From Perkinsela sp. CCAP 1560/9 (taxonomy: Eukaryota; Protista; Euglenozoa: Kinetoplastea), in NCBI GenBank assembly GCA_965644495.1, contig CBFFSA010000001.1:1736001-1800000 (forward strand): DNA of 64,000 nucleotides, written 5' to 3'. Made by a program: the position numbers and the translations under genes. Of the stretch, positions 48,415 to 60,900 are shown piece after piece (position 1 is the stretch's first letter; each line of letters starts with the position of its first letter). The notes below the pieces were generated by a model. The model was not told where the DNA came from. It did no database searches and worked only from the letters and a program-made list of their open reading frames with translations.

Positions 48415-49254
48415 ATGGATATGCTTACCGTAAAGTTTGAAGACGCACCCTCCCCAGATCATAAGAGGCGCAAGTTAAGTGATAAAGAAAACACAACGGT
48501 GAGTCCGAGACCGCGTAAAAGAGCCGCAAAAGTGAGCGTCGCGAATCTTCCGTTGGAATACCAACTCGCACGTCTCGTTCGCAATATTGAAAATCCTCAC
48601 TACACGTGGGGTACGGATATGCCTGCGTGCGAGTGGAATCGGGTGGAGTGTAACGAACAAGGCGAACCAGAAGCTATTCATTGGCATCAAATGGACCAGT
48701 CAGCATGTCCAAATCTTTGGGACTACGGTTTAATAGGAAGTCTAGATTTGACGGATATTCCGAAAATGGTGAAGCATTTTTCTGTGCAGCATAATCAATT
48801 GAGAGGCGAAATTCGATTAGATGGTTTGCCGGATAAACTAGAAAATCTAGAGCTGAGTCAAAATGTGTTTGAGGGTTCATTAGATTTGACATCGCTTCCC
48901 CCATCACTATATTCGTTTAGCGCATCCATGAACAAGTTCACGGGGAATGTGTGCTTTACGAGACTGCCACCTACCATGGAAGACCTCTTATTGTGGGAAA
49001 ATCGTTTCACTGGGCCCGTAGATTTGACGTCGCTTCCATTGAATATGAACGAGATGAATTTAGAACAAAATGAATTTAGTGGTGTAATAAATCTCACAAA
49101 GTTACCTCCGACAATGAAGTACTTGACTTTGTCCCACAACAAATTCAGCGGCGAATTGCGTTTGGACAAACTGCCGTCAGGCCTTGAACGGCTTGCGTTG
49201 GGCCACAACCCGTTTGATGGAGAGATAGACGCCAAATACTTGGGCGATTCGTAG
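48415..49254 (+). CDS. LRR protein (KRRK/KEN subfamily)
   Basis: Paralog of 31410/34577/43634. Confidence 0.93.
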   Translation: MDMLTVKFEDAPSPDHKRRKLSDKENTTVSPRPRKRAAKVSVANLPLEYQLARLVRNIENPHYTWGTDMPACEWNRVECNEQGEPEAIHWHQMDQSACPNLWDYGLIGSLDLTDIPKMVKHFSVQHNQLRGEIRLDGLPDKLENLELSQNVFEGSLDLTSLPPSLYSFSASMNKFTGNVCFTRLPPTMEDLLLWENRFTGPVDLTSLPLNMNEMNLEQNEFSGVINLTKLPPTMKYLTLSHNKFSGELRLDKLPSGLERLALGHNPFDGEIDAKYLGDS

Positions 49255-50496
49255 CGTCGAAATACAAGTTTATTGTAGTTGAAATAGATATGAATTGTGA
49301 ATCTTTCCGCACGTTTATCAAAGGGCAGACTTCATTTTTAGTATGCAGTTTCATGCCGAGATCTGTATCTCAGGTGACAAGTGTAACCCCGCTTCTTGTG
49401 TCGCTCCTTTTTTATTTATTCGATGTACATTATTTTAGTGATGGGCGAGGTTCAGATGAAAAGAAAAAAGGAAACCATATTCCCGGTGCCCCCCGGCACA
49501 GTAACTAGCTATAGGCACAATACGTAGCTGTAGGCAAAAGAACTAGCTAACATAAAAGGTAAAAAAAATTCACTACCAAAATTTCACTACCCTCATAGTT
49601 GGTATTCTACGTAGAGTTCTGCCGGTTCTACGTACCAATCAACGAAATCTCCGATTTCGGAAAGTTCTGCTTTTCGCTTTACTCGCTTTTTACTTGCTTT
49701 TTCGGAGATTGGTAGACAATGGAACCCCTTGATCGTTGAATTCTCCTTATTTCCATTTTAAAAACCTCATTATTTCCAGTGTGGGTTGACATGGAAATGG
49801 CATGAAATGGCACAAGAGGGCACAGGGAGGGGACCGGTTAGCTGCACAGTCTCCAAGATCGAGGACATCAAAATGATGAATAAATCATTTATTATTATGC
49901 ATTTGTACTGTGCCCCCCCCACTTATAGTGCCGTTTCGAAAAAAAAAATGTCCGGGAAAAAATGACCAATTTTTTTGACCAAAAAGTAGAGCAAATATGG
50001 TGTAAATTTCTAATATATTCGTGTATGGAAATAATTGAAACTTTATTATTAAATCCCTTCATCAGTTGGACACTATGAAGATTTAGATGGCAGCGGATGA
50101 AACTGGATGGCAATTTCGTAATGGTTTACCAAAACTAAAATTTGTGGAACGGTTTGCGCACATCTGCAAAAAAGTAAGGATGTAATCGAGACAATCATTT
50201 TCTGCAACTTCCGTGCTTACATCGCCTCCAACAAATACTAGAAGCAGAGTCACGAACTTTGCCACCCTCGTGATGGTGAGGACATTTCTCTTCGGTCACG
50301 CGCCATGCTTCCAAAATCTTCAAAAAATTTTGGTTTGTCATCATCATGCTTCCAGTTTAGGAATTGTCCGAAGTATTGAAAGCAACGGTGCCTCTTTTTT
50401 TCAATCACGCATCAATCGCGGCCTCAAAGGAAGAAAGCGCCAGAGAAGCTTTAACAAAGAGCGAAAGGCAATTTTAAGAAAAGTGCACCTTAAATA

Positions 50497-51485
50497 CCGT
50501 TACCCCCCCATTACTTCGCCTCCCCCCTTACTTCACCACATTTAGTCGCTGGACGTGTGGTGAAGTAAGGGGGGTGTCGGATTTTTCTCAGACAACTTAC
50601 CACCTCTTTACACAGCCGGAGGGGTGCACTGCAACCGACCGTTGCATCGGGGTAAGGCGAGGCAGAGCCACGCCCAGTGGTCTTGAAGGAGGGACACAGA
50701 TGGCGTACAAACATCGATGAACAAAGGTTCTTGGTGCACACGTCGGTGAAGACGACGCCGTCATACCAGGATTTTAAACCACAGTCCGGTTTAACGTTCC
50801 GGGGGGAAATGATAACGGTTACAGGAATGCTACGTAGCTGCAGGAATGATAACTTTTGAAGATTGTCTTGGGTTTACCGTACGATTCGTCGACGCAACGG
50901 GTAGCAGCGCGTTGTTGCCGCCTTGTACTAACGAAAACAGGTAGAGGACTTCGGCCTCGAAACTTCCAAATCTATCTGTGAAGGGTCTGGCTTGCTAGTG
51001 ACCGATCGGAGCTATCCGGAATGATTTAGTATGTTGAACCATTTCTAATTCAGAACGTTTTTCTTCCATGTCAGTTTCATCATCATGTCAGTTTGATCAT
51101 AAAGTTGCGCCACAGTGTTTTGTAGTTCTAAAATTTAAATGGGTGTTCAATGGGTTATGTTCTGCGACACCATTTAAATTTCACGATGTAAGAAATTTTC
51201 ATGGGGGGAAAGTTAAAAGCCCATGGGACATTGTAGACAAGCTAAACGAAACATAAAATATAGAATGTGCAACACGAGGTATTACAACACTCAAGAAAAG
51301 GAAATTACGCCCAATGTCGATAGCATAGTGTACTTCAATAATTTGAGGATTTTCGAGAGAACTATAAATTGATCGAACTTTGAATCATTTATTCGCCCCC
51401 CTTACTTCACCATCCCCCTTACTTCACCACAAAGTACGGGTCTTGGGCCAAAAAGTGGGGGCTAAGTAAGGGGGGGGGGTAACGG
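50497..51485. mobile_element. Non-autonomous pogo/Tc1-type element
   Basis: TA|CCGTTACCCCCCC ... GGGGGGGTAACGG|TA; subterminal CCCCTTACTTCACCA repeats. Confidence 0.8.
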
Positions 51486-52043
51486 TAGCTCCAAAAAATT
51501 AATGGTAAGCGTGCAGTGACGAACGTATTCGTCTTTTTCGTTATGGAAACATGCGGAATACAGCTCGCCATTTCGAAATTTGTTCACGAATTAATATTTC
51601 ACAAATCTATATTTTTGGGTATCTTTATATCATATTTTTTGAGGGGGAGGAAAATTTTCACCCTCGACCTTCTCGCGCTTCGTACCGAGAGAGACAGAGC
51701 TCTCTGAACAGTTTATCATACGTGCCGTGTCCGGAATAGATGTCCCACGCTCTCTTTCGTGTGCGCAGACAATGCGTACAGGATATGAACACTGTTCTGG
51801 TGATAGCTGGCGACGGTTTCTTCTATTGCGTTTGCCTATAGTACGGTAAAAAGAAGAAATAAAAGCCTTTTTTTTACGTTTTTCGGTACTTTTTGCAAAA
51901 TATTTTGCCCAAAATTTCAGTTTTTTTAATGTTTGCTTTGATTAGCAGAAATGGGCTCCAAATAGCGTAGATATGATATTTCGAAACGAGATCTCTCGTT
52001 TGAAAAAAAAAACAGCTCAAAAGCCCTTAGGACGCTAAAATGC

Positions 52044-52736
52044 TTACTTTGTCAGTTTTCGTGCCCCTCCCTGTATGGTGAGATGTCGACATGCATCTGT
52101 TCCCTGATAGGACCTCCATTCATCCGCCATCACCATAGAATTTTGATTTCCAATAACAGACTGAATGAAAGTATGGCAGACATCTTTAGTCCGACGGAGA
52201 GTAGCTTCCCAATAAGTTTGTAGAGACTCTCCGGTAGTCGAATCAACTTCTGTCGCGGTCATGAACCAGAATTTTTGCTTGCGAATGTTTTCTTCAGCGG
52301 TGGTGGAGGCGTTTTCCGATGTACGTCTCATCTACCATGAGATACTTCAGCTGTATACTGGGGCCACGTGGAACGTTGAATACGTTCTGTATTTCCCTAA
52401 TGTCGGAATACACTTGACAAATGCTACATTGCAGAGCAACACATGACTGGGTAGGTTTCCTTGAGCAATGAGCAGCCAACTCCGAAATTTGGCGACTACT
52501 TGGGATTTAGAACGGAAAAAAGGGCCAAATTCGGGTATCTTTAAACGGCATTTAGAGCCGTTTTCAAGCTTCCTGAAACATTGCTTTTTACAAGGCCTCT
52601 CTCCGCAGCGAATGCAAGGTGTATTTGCCCCAAAACAGTGATTCTTCAGCCGGAGAAGGACATTTTCCGCCGTGATTTGCAAAATAGAAGTGACAAGGAC
52701 TAGGCAAGCCACCGTGGTGCACCCCGGACAATCCAT
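52044..52736 (-). pseudogene. Merlin/IS1595-like transposase remnant
   Basis: Cys-rich N-terminus, MVDETYIGKR, VMADEWRSY. Confidence 0.75.
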
Positions 52737-52945
52737 GCAGAGAAGGACAGATCAAAAACTCAAGAAAAATAGGTGCAAAGTTAATAAAATTACCGAATAC
52801 GATGAATACGAGAACATTTTTCGGTCAAAGTCAAGCAATATTTCACACTTTCAGAAAAATCTCATATTGACTGGTCATATTGACTTTTATAAAATTTATA
52901 GCACCTTAAACCTCTCTTCGAGTTATCTTAAACGCTAGTTTAAAC

Positions 52946-54012
52946 TTATTCTGGAACGATTTCCACGTTCTCGCAATACCACTTCACGTCTTGAAACAGG
53001 CGACGGAGAGCATGACCGTCTTGTTCTCCTCTTTTCAGCTTGCCGTTTACAACTTCTCCGGTGAACTTCAGCCGGTTGTCTCGCGCTTCTATTCCACTAC
53101 CAAGTGTGTCGTTGCCCCGCATGCGGACTTCTTTTTTCAACATTCCGTTCATGCGCTCAGCAGTCTGAGTGTGCACCCCGGTGACAGGATCAACCCAGTG
53201 ACGGCGATGGTTTACTGTTCCATGGTTGAGTCTGTTGCCCAAGGCATTGCTGCCTCTCCATCCATCCGTGTGAACAATGGTACGTTCGCTTGCGGCCAGT
53301 TCAAACACAGGGTCATTAGTCGAGGAACTACGGCGTTCATCCAGCGTGCTGCAAATATCTGCTCAGCTTTCCGAGAACGAGAGGTCTGTGTCAGGACGTA
53401 TGCCCAGGTTGATCCCCCCTGGCGAATGCGGGCTGGTCGGTTATTACCCCCCCCTTTTTGGCTTAGAAAAGCAAGTTTCGTCCTTCTGCATGATAGTAAC
53501 AGTGCCTCGTGCAGCCGCAGTTCGCACTTCATGAACGGAAGCAACAATACGTTCCAACTTTTTTGTCAATTCTGTGACAGTTTGACTACTTAAAAGTGTT
53601 TTCAGAGTCAATTGATCACGACCATTGCCGTTCGCCATACCATATAGAACTTGGCTTGGCGACCGAAGGAACTTAAGAGTGGCTCCATGTGGTATGTACG
53701 ACTCCGACACAAACGATTGGGGCAGACCCAGTGATCGCAAATGCGAATTTCATGCCGCTTGCTACAGCTGACACTCTGGAAAACAAGTTTGTGGCCTTTC
53801 AACCACTCGACAATATCATTTTCGGGGGCGCGGGCGAGCACACTATAGCTAATACTGTCTGTACATTGGAAATTGGGGCAAAACGAGCAATCCATCGAGA
53901 ATAGTGCAGAAATATGCGAAAAATATCCTAAAAAACACTTTGTAAGTAAAATATGATCAAATGAGAACATCAACAAAAATGTTTTTTTTGTGAAATAATG
54001 CTTGACTTTCAC
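52946..54012 (-). pseudogene. Merlin/IS1595-like transposase, near full length, frameshifted
   Basis: QKDET, VHTDGW, TVNH..WVDPVTGVHTQTAE. Confidence 0.85.
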
Positions 54013-55029
54013 CCATTATTCTTCAATTTCGTTTTGTGAAAACACTTTGAAAAAATCGAAATTTTAGGGTACATTTTCACCATAGAGTACCCGAATTATT
54101 TAAAGCATATACATTTGGTAGTAGAGAAGAAACAAATCACATAGGCTACTAAATTGACGGATTCGACGCGCTTTAGATTTTCTTTTACGAAAAAATTGTC
54201 ATATTTTGGAGAAAAAATTGTCAAAAATTCATGGGGCGGTAGGGACAAATATTTGACGAAAAATTGATTCTTTTCAAAATTGCTCACAATAATTTTTTAA
54301 ACGTTTTCAAATCATTTTCGTATTCATGCAGCCATTTTCAGCGTCTCTGAGCACATAATTTTATTAACTTGTCGCACCATATTTCTTTAGTAACATGGCA
54401 TAGTAATTCACTCTGTCGAAACTTTTCCCATGGGTAGATCACCCAGAAATCCAACACTCTGGCCGAGAGTGCAATAAGTCAGCGCGGCGAGACGTTCTTG
54501 TGGGCGTTTGAGCACCCCTGACGATTACTTGGGAATGATCGGTTACTTTGTTTCTTCCCGGCGATCTGAAGGAAGTTTCGACGCTTTGATCCACATGAAA
54601 TCAACATTTTCTTACCCGAACGCAGATGACTAGCGCAGGACGGCAAATGCGTTTCTGAGTGAATGAAGGGCACCGGGTCGCCCCGGCTGGCCGCTGGCTC
54701 CCTCAGGATGTTCCCCCTTTGGGAAGTTGTCACCCTCCTTCAAGGGTGACATACTAGGTCCTTCACAGACGTTTGGGGGTGCGAGGTCCGAACGCCTCTA
54801 CCAGTTTCAGCCGACGTGTTTAACGTTGTTTACCGACCACATCGTGTACGGGAGTTGGTTCCATGCGGGGGGGTCCGAGTCGGTCCCCAGACCTCAGACC
54901 TATTCGGAGGGTCTGTGTGGATTCGGAGCAGCTGTGCGGATCACTAACCATTGTTCTTCCTCGTGGATAGCTGACTGGTCGAATTTCTCGGAGTGTTAGA
55001 CCGCCCTCTATTACCCTATGTCCCCACTC

Positions 55030-55098
55030 GCACATTGATAATGCATAGTTACTGCACATTGATAATGCATAACGTGCCGCACATTGATAATGCATATA
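55030..55098 (+). repeat. Minisatellite GCACATTGATAATGCATA, left part (continues at 57762-57842)
   Basis: 3 units to the left and 4 to the right of the Tc1 element, all in the same orientation. Confidence 0.9.
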
Positions 55099-55381
55099 CA
55101 GTAACTAACAAAAGTGTTCAAATGTTTTCACAAATTTTAATGTTTTTATATTTTACAAAAGAGATGCAGAGGATAATGCAGTAGTATATTACAGTAGTGT
55201 AGGCTGGAGTAGTGCTTACATTCCCACGTACTTAGACTTCATCAACGATCTTACAATAAAAAACTATGAAAGATATAATGCGATCCCAACACTTGAACAC
55301 TTTTTTCACTTTTTTGAGATTATTTTTTTTTGACCAAAACTTTGCCTTACTTCACCCTTACCAAACCAAAATGACCAAAAC

Positions 55382-56401
55382 TTAATACTTCGTAAGTCCC
55401 CCCTTCGCCCTAATTACTGCCCTTAAACGACGGGGCATGCTGCGGACAAGAGGAAGACATGCACTCGGAGGAAGGCCTGCCCACGCTTTTTGGGCGCGTT
55501 CCCAAAGTTCCAACATTCCTACGGGAGGATCTGGATGATCCGCAGTCGACTTTTTGAGCTCGCCCCATAGGTGCTCTATGGGATTTAAATCGGGAGACTG
55601 CGGGGGCCAGTCTAGGACACACAATTCTTGTAAACGAAGGAATTCCCGGGCCTTCTTACTCGTGTGCTTTGGATCATTATCTTGTTGGAAGATGATCCGG
55701 TCCTTCATGACTTCCAACTTGTGGAGGGAAGGAGACAAATTCTGTTGAAGTATTTGAACGTACTGTTCAGCATTCATGTTGCCATGAACCAGAGCAATGG
55801 AGCCCACGCCGTGAGCCATCATACACCCCCATACCATGATGGATCCCCCACCGTACTTCACGGTGCTGTGAGTATTTCGCTCTGAAAGTGCTTCCCCAAA
55901 GCTCACCCACGCCCACCGGCTGCCATTCGACTCGAAACGGCAGATCTTACTTTCATCAGTGAAAAGCACATGGCTCCAGTCGGCGTTCGTCCAATGCTCA
56001 TACTTCTTTGCAAAGGCAAGACGTAGAGCTTTGTGACGCTTCGTAAGGTGGGGTTTCCGTAATTTCTTCTTCCCCTTCAAACCACGCTTCCGAAGGGAAA
56101 CCCGAATGGTTTGGGGCGAAACATCTGCAACCCCCTCATCTCTCAACCTTTTACTGGTCGCGACTGCATCCTTAGTTGCACCGCTGGTGATGAGGCGGCG
56201 GACGCGATTGGAGCATGTCTCTGTAAGCTTGCGAGGGCGATCTGTTTTCGGTTTGTTAACTAAGTTGGGTAGGTACTTTTTCTTAATGTTACTTACATTT
56301 CCTACGCTCAATTGTAGATCTGACGATACCTTCCGAATTGATAATCCGTTCTTTAGTTTTTCTATAACAAGCCTACGTAGATCACTGGGTGTACTGCGCA
56401 T
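55382..56401 (-). CDS. Tc1 DD34E transposase, left copy
   Basis: FTDESK, QQDNDPKH, SPDLNPIE with 34-aa D-E spacing; ATG 56401. Confidence 0.95.
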   Translation of the reverse strand: MRSTPSDLRRLVIEKLKNGLSIRKVSSDLQLSVGNVSNIKKKYLPNLVNKPKTDRPRKLTETCSNRVRRLITSGATKDAVATSKRLRDEGVADVSPQTIRVSLRKRGLKGKKKLRKPHLTKRHKALRLAFAKKYEHWTNADWSHVLFTDESKICRFESNGSRWAWVSFGEALSERNTHSTVKYGGGSIMVWGCMMAHGVGSIALVHGNMNAEQYVQILQQNLSPSLHKLEVMKDRIIFQQDNDPKHTSKKAREFLRLQELCVLDWPPQSPDLNPIEHLWGELKKSTADHPDPPVGMLELWERAQKAWAGLPPSACLPLVRSMPRRLRAVIRAKGGLTKY

Positions 56402-56458
56402 AAAAAGTATAGTAAATGGAGTAAGATTTTCTTTATTTACCTTGCGTTTCATTGCACT

Positions 56459-57478
56459 ATGCGCAGTACACCCAGTGATCTACGTAGGCTTGTTATAGAA
56501 AAACTAAAGAACGGATTATCAATTCGGAAGGTATCGTCAGATCTACAATTGAGCGTAGGAAATGTAAGTAACATTAAGAAAAAGTACCTACCCAACTTAG
56601 TTAACAAACCGAAAACAGGTCGCCCTCGCAAGCTTACAGAGACATGCTCCAATCGCGTCCGCCGCCTCATCACCAGCGGTGCAACTAAGGATGCAGTCGC
56701 GACCAGTAAAAGGTTGAGAGATGAGGGGGTTGCAGATGTTTCGCCCCAAACCATTCGGGTTTCCCTTCGGAAGCGTGGTTTGAAGGGGAAGAAGAAATTA
56801 CGGAAACCCCACCTTACGAAGCGTCACAAAGCTCTACGTCTTGCCTTTGCAAAGAAGTATGAGCATTGGACGAACGCCGACTGGAGCCATGTGCTTTTCA
56901 CTGATGAAAGTAAGATCTGCCGTTTCGAGTCGAATGGCAGCCGGTGGGCGTGGGTGAGCTTTGGGGAAGCACTTTCAGAGCGAAATACACACAGCACCGT
57001 GAAGTACGGTGGGGGATCCATCATGGTATGGGGGTGTATGATGGCTCACGGCGTGGGCTCCATTGCTCTGGTTCATGGCAACATGAATGCTGAACAGTAC
57101 GTTCAAATACTTCAACAGAATTTGTCTCCTTCCCTCCACAAGTTGGAAGTCATGAAGGACCGGATCATCTTCCAACAAGATAATGATCCAAAGCACACGA
57201 GTAAGAAGGCCCGGGAATTCCTTCGTTTACAAGAATTGTGTGTCCTAGACTGGCCCCCGCAGTCTCCCGATTTAAATCCCATAGAGCACCTATGGGGCGA
57301 GCTCAAAAAGTCGACTGCGGATCATCCAGATCCTCCCGTAGGAATGTTGGAACTTTGGGAACGCGCCCAAAAAGCGTGGGCAGGCCTTCCTCCGAGTGCA
57401 TGTCTTCCTCTTGTCCGCAGCATGCCCCGTCGTTTAAGGGCAGTAATTAGGGCGAAGGGGGGACTTACGAAGTATTAA
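56459..57478 (+). CDS. Tc1 DD34E transposase, right copy
   Basis: Same protein except GRPR instead of DRPR. Confidence 0.95.
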   Translation: MRSTPSDLRRLVIEKLKNGLSIRKVSSDLQLSVGNVSNIKKKYLPNLVNKPKTGRPRKLTETCSNRVRRLITSGATKDAVATSKRLRDEGVADVSPQTIRVSLRKRGLKGKKKLRKPHLTKRHKALRLAFAKKYEHWTNADWSHVLFTDESKICRFESNGSRWAWVSFGEALSERNTHSTVKYGGGSIMVWGCMMAHGVGSIALVHGNMNAEQYVQILQQNLSPSLHKLEVMKDRIIFQQDNDPKHTSKKAREFLRLQELCVLDWPPQSPDLNPIEHLWGELKKSTADHPDPPVGMLELWERAQKAWAGLPPSACLPLVRSMPRRLRAVIRAKGGLTKY

Positions 57479-58171
57479 GTTTTGGTCATTTTGGTTTGGT
57501 AAGGGTGAAGTAAGGCAAAGTTTTGGTCAAAAAAAAATAATCTCAAAAAAGTGAAAAAAGTGTTCAAGTGTTGGGATCGCATTACATCTTTCATAGTTTT
57601 TTATTGTAAGATCGTTGATGAAGTCTAAGTACGTGGGAATGTAAGCACTACTCCAGCCTACACTACTGTAATATACTACTGCATTATCCTCTGCATCTCT
57701 TTTGTAAAATATAAAAACATTAAAATTTGTGAAAACATTTGAACACTTTTGTTAGTTACTGTAGCACATTGATAATGCATACAGCACATTAATAATGCAT
57801 ACAGCACATTGATAATGCATACAGCACATTGATGATGCATTATTTGGAAATTGAATGTGTTTTCAAGAAATAGTGAACACTCGTCTCTGCTCCCGGTGAG
57901 GCCCCGGAGTTGCGAGAGGCCTCCATACCCCACAGCTACCACCTTCCCCCTCCTATTTAGCGGGGCTCGCTCGAGCGATGAAACAGACGAAAAAATATTT
58001 GACACGAATGATAGCCGAAAGAATATGAAACAGACGAAAAAATAGTTGACACGAATGATAGCCGAAAGAATATGTGGGTAGCACCCGGTCAAAAAATCAG
58101 TCCCGCGGCAAAAAGTACGCTGGGCGCCAAGATGTCAAGTTTGGGGTGCCATAGGAGTAGGGTGGACACAC

Positions 58172-58570
58172 TTGGTTATTCTGGATTCTGACTCGTCTAT
58201 CACGAGTATGTCCTACATAGAGACGCTCAAAAAGGTAACATTCCCCATGAATTGTATTTTTCGACAAGATGGGGCAACGGCACACACCGCCCATGCCTCT
58301 AAGGACTACATTACAAGTAGAATGAAAGATTTATTAAAGAATTGGCCCCCCAATTCACCAGACCTTTCCCGCATAGAAAACGTCTGGTCTATGGTTCAAG
58401 AGGCAGTAGAACAAACCCCATCGAAAAACCTTCACTTATCCGATGTGTACGAAAAGTATGGTCTTCTTTGCCTCAAAAAGTAATCGACAAAACGGTCTTA
58501 AGCTTTGACTCTCGCCTTAAACAGTGTATAAAATTGAACGGCGAAAAAGCGACAAAATGGAAATTTCCCT
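58172..58570 (+). pseudogene. Tc1/mariner-like transposase remnant
   Basis: FRQDGATAH, WPPNSPDLSRIENVW, RLKQCIKLNG. Confidence 0.8.
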
Positions 58571-59304
58571 CTAAATTATACTTATTCGCTTCTTTTAGTT
58601 TCATTCCTTCTCGCGCAGAGTCTTTGTGTTGAGATCTGCAAAATGCAACAAAAATCATCTCAAATGGACACTTGTACGAAAAAAAAGGGGTGGGTCACTT
58701 TTCATTGGGGGTGGTTTATAATAGAAGACAAAAATATAAAAAAATATTAAAGGGGGCTCCGGTGGTCCAAAATTGAAAAAAAAATCAAAAAAATGGGGGG
58801 TCTAGGGGGGGGTCCAGCCGGGGGGCGTACGTCACGATTTTTTTCCAAGGTTTTTCCTTTTCAAAATCGAGCGCAAGGAAGTGGTAGAGTAAGCCGCGGC
58901 GATAATTTTCCACCCCCCTACCCGGGGGTGAGCCCCCCTCGTATCCGCAGGACGGGTCCGCCAAGTTCGGATTTTTTCGGAAATTTGTTTTTGAAAAAAA
59001 ATTCAACTCGGCGAAAAAAATGGCAAAAAAAATATTTTTTTGAATTTATTTCCCCTATTGTATTTTGATAGTTTGGGACCTACTCTATACTAGCTTTCTA
59101 CACTGTTGTTTTCACAAGATACCCCTTCTTGGAGCCGTGGTACGCCTCCCAAAATGACCCATTTTTGACTAAAAAAGGTGAAAAGGCAATTTTCGGACCC
59201 AAAGGGGTCTTTTTGTGTCGGAAGAATGGTGTGGTTGGGGGCGCATTATCTACACAACACGTTCTGTAGGCTTTAATTCATGCGTACGAGTGATTTTCCA
59301 CACG

Positions 59305-59532
59305 CAAATGTCGGATTTAGTGCTCTGAGAGCAAAAATACGAAAAAAAACGTTATTCTTACCTAAAAATCGGCTATTTTTGGCTCAAATCCTTCCGTTTT
59401 CTTCCATTTTCGAAGCCAATTTTTCTTTTTTAGGCGCTTCATTAAACGCGGAGGTAGTTTTCAACGCGAAGCGCGCAAACATGAGTGACTTCTAAGTTGA
59501 AAATAACCACCGCGTTTAACGAAGAGTCTAAA
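59305..59532. repeat. ~225-bp repeat with an inverted copy at 63777-64000; contains a ~100-bp internal hairpin
   Basis: Reverse-complement match; internal IR TTAAACGCGG..CCGCGTTTAA. Confidence 0.85.
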
Positions 59533-60399
59533 TTATTGATTAATATTGTATTTTTTTAGTTTTGTTTATATTATTGTAAATGTCTTCAAATAAATGATCA
59601 TGAGAAGTAAAAGATAAGGACAAAAATAATTGTCTACATACGATTCGCTCCCTTGGTGTACGGCTCAACGTGGTGGTTGGGATCACATGGGGGCGAGTGT
59701 TCAGCATGGAGCGCACGAAGGTGGATTGCTGGCCACTGGATAGTCGCGATCAAGGAGATCGAGGTCTTTTGGCCTCCGTTGCGACGACGGTTGAGGTTCG
59801 AGCGGAGACGCTCCTGGAATGTTGGGACCGGGAGGTTCCTGAGAGCCACAATAGGGAGAGAGGACGTGGAGGAGGAAGAGTACCACACGCGCGTGGCGGT
59901 TGTCTCGTCTGCGGAGAAAAGGGGGTAATAATATACACTGTACATCGTCGCTTGTGATGACATTGACGAGCAGTAATTGGTGTAGAGAGGGTATTTTCTG
60001 GTTGAAAGCTCGTGTTGTGTCGTAACGGTGGGCGCCGCCCATCAGCTGGCCTCGACCATGGTTCTTTGGCTGCGGAAAATGCCCCACGTGCAGTTAGGAT
60101 GATTCTGGGCAGTTCAAGCCTGACGGGTTACAGAAAGGATTAGGGTGTCTGGTCTGGTCTTTGCGGTCCAGCCGACGGCGCAACCCATGGCCCAAGAAAC
60201 CTAAGTTGACCTAAGGAAGAAGGAAGCCGGAATGGTACTTGCGGCGCTTGCATGTGGGGATTGTAGGAGGTTTTGTAACAACAACAATAACAAGTGGCAC
60301 ACATGTGTATGAATACAGTGGCATCATACAAGTGGCATACAGTGTATGAATCATAGGCCATGCTGCTGTGCAGAAGGTTCCAAAAGCAGCTTGTACGTG

Positions 60400-60900
60400 C
60401 TATGGGTCACCAGCTCCTATGTATTTTAGCTTCTTCACCTTTGTGGATGAGTCGTATGAATGCTAGGTTCCACGATGTAGGGCATGTCTGGAATATTGCT
60501 GGTCGTTAAACATTTGAGGAAGAATTGTATACAACGCGCTCACGTTGCGCAGGAAGATTGACGCTTCCCCCACACTGCGAAGCTTCACGCAGCTGACCGA
60601 TGAGTTCACGTGGCTTGAACAAATAATCCTTGTCGATCCACCGTTGTCAAGTAACCGAAGCATGGCGGAATAAACCTTTCGGGTGATAATATAGACACGT
60701 TCAAACGTGGGGATCAGATCTTCAGCTGGTTTCCCACCCATGTGCCCGAACATGGTCAAGTTCCAAGGATTGGGAGTTGATTCCGGGATCGGGAAAACGG
60801 TAGCCAGTCCTTTGGTTCATATCCCATTCGACGAACAACTCAACTGACTTAGGTCAACTGGGTGCGTTATATGTATGTACGTATCTTGCACCCGCCCTAT
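60400..60900 (-). pseudogene. Possible tyrosine recombinase remnant (DIRS/VIPER-like)
   Basis: YSRHALHRG resembles HSLRRG; heavily degraded. Confidence 0.3.

Larger units (their letters stand above)
55099..57761. mobile_element. Palindromic Tc1-family transposon: two 1304-bp inverted arms and a 55-bp spacer
   Basis: TA|CAGTAACTAAC...GTTAGTTACTG|TA; arms 55099-56402 and 56458-57761. Confidence 0.92.

Noticed and set aside
55099-57761. Fold-back assembly or amplification artefact
   Set aside because: The flanks are not mirrored, TA sits at both Tc1 ends and the arms differ at 3 or more sites; read-level confirmation is still advisable
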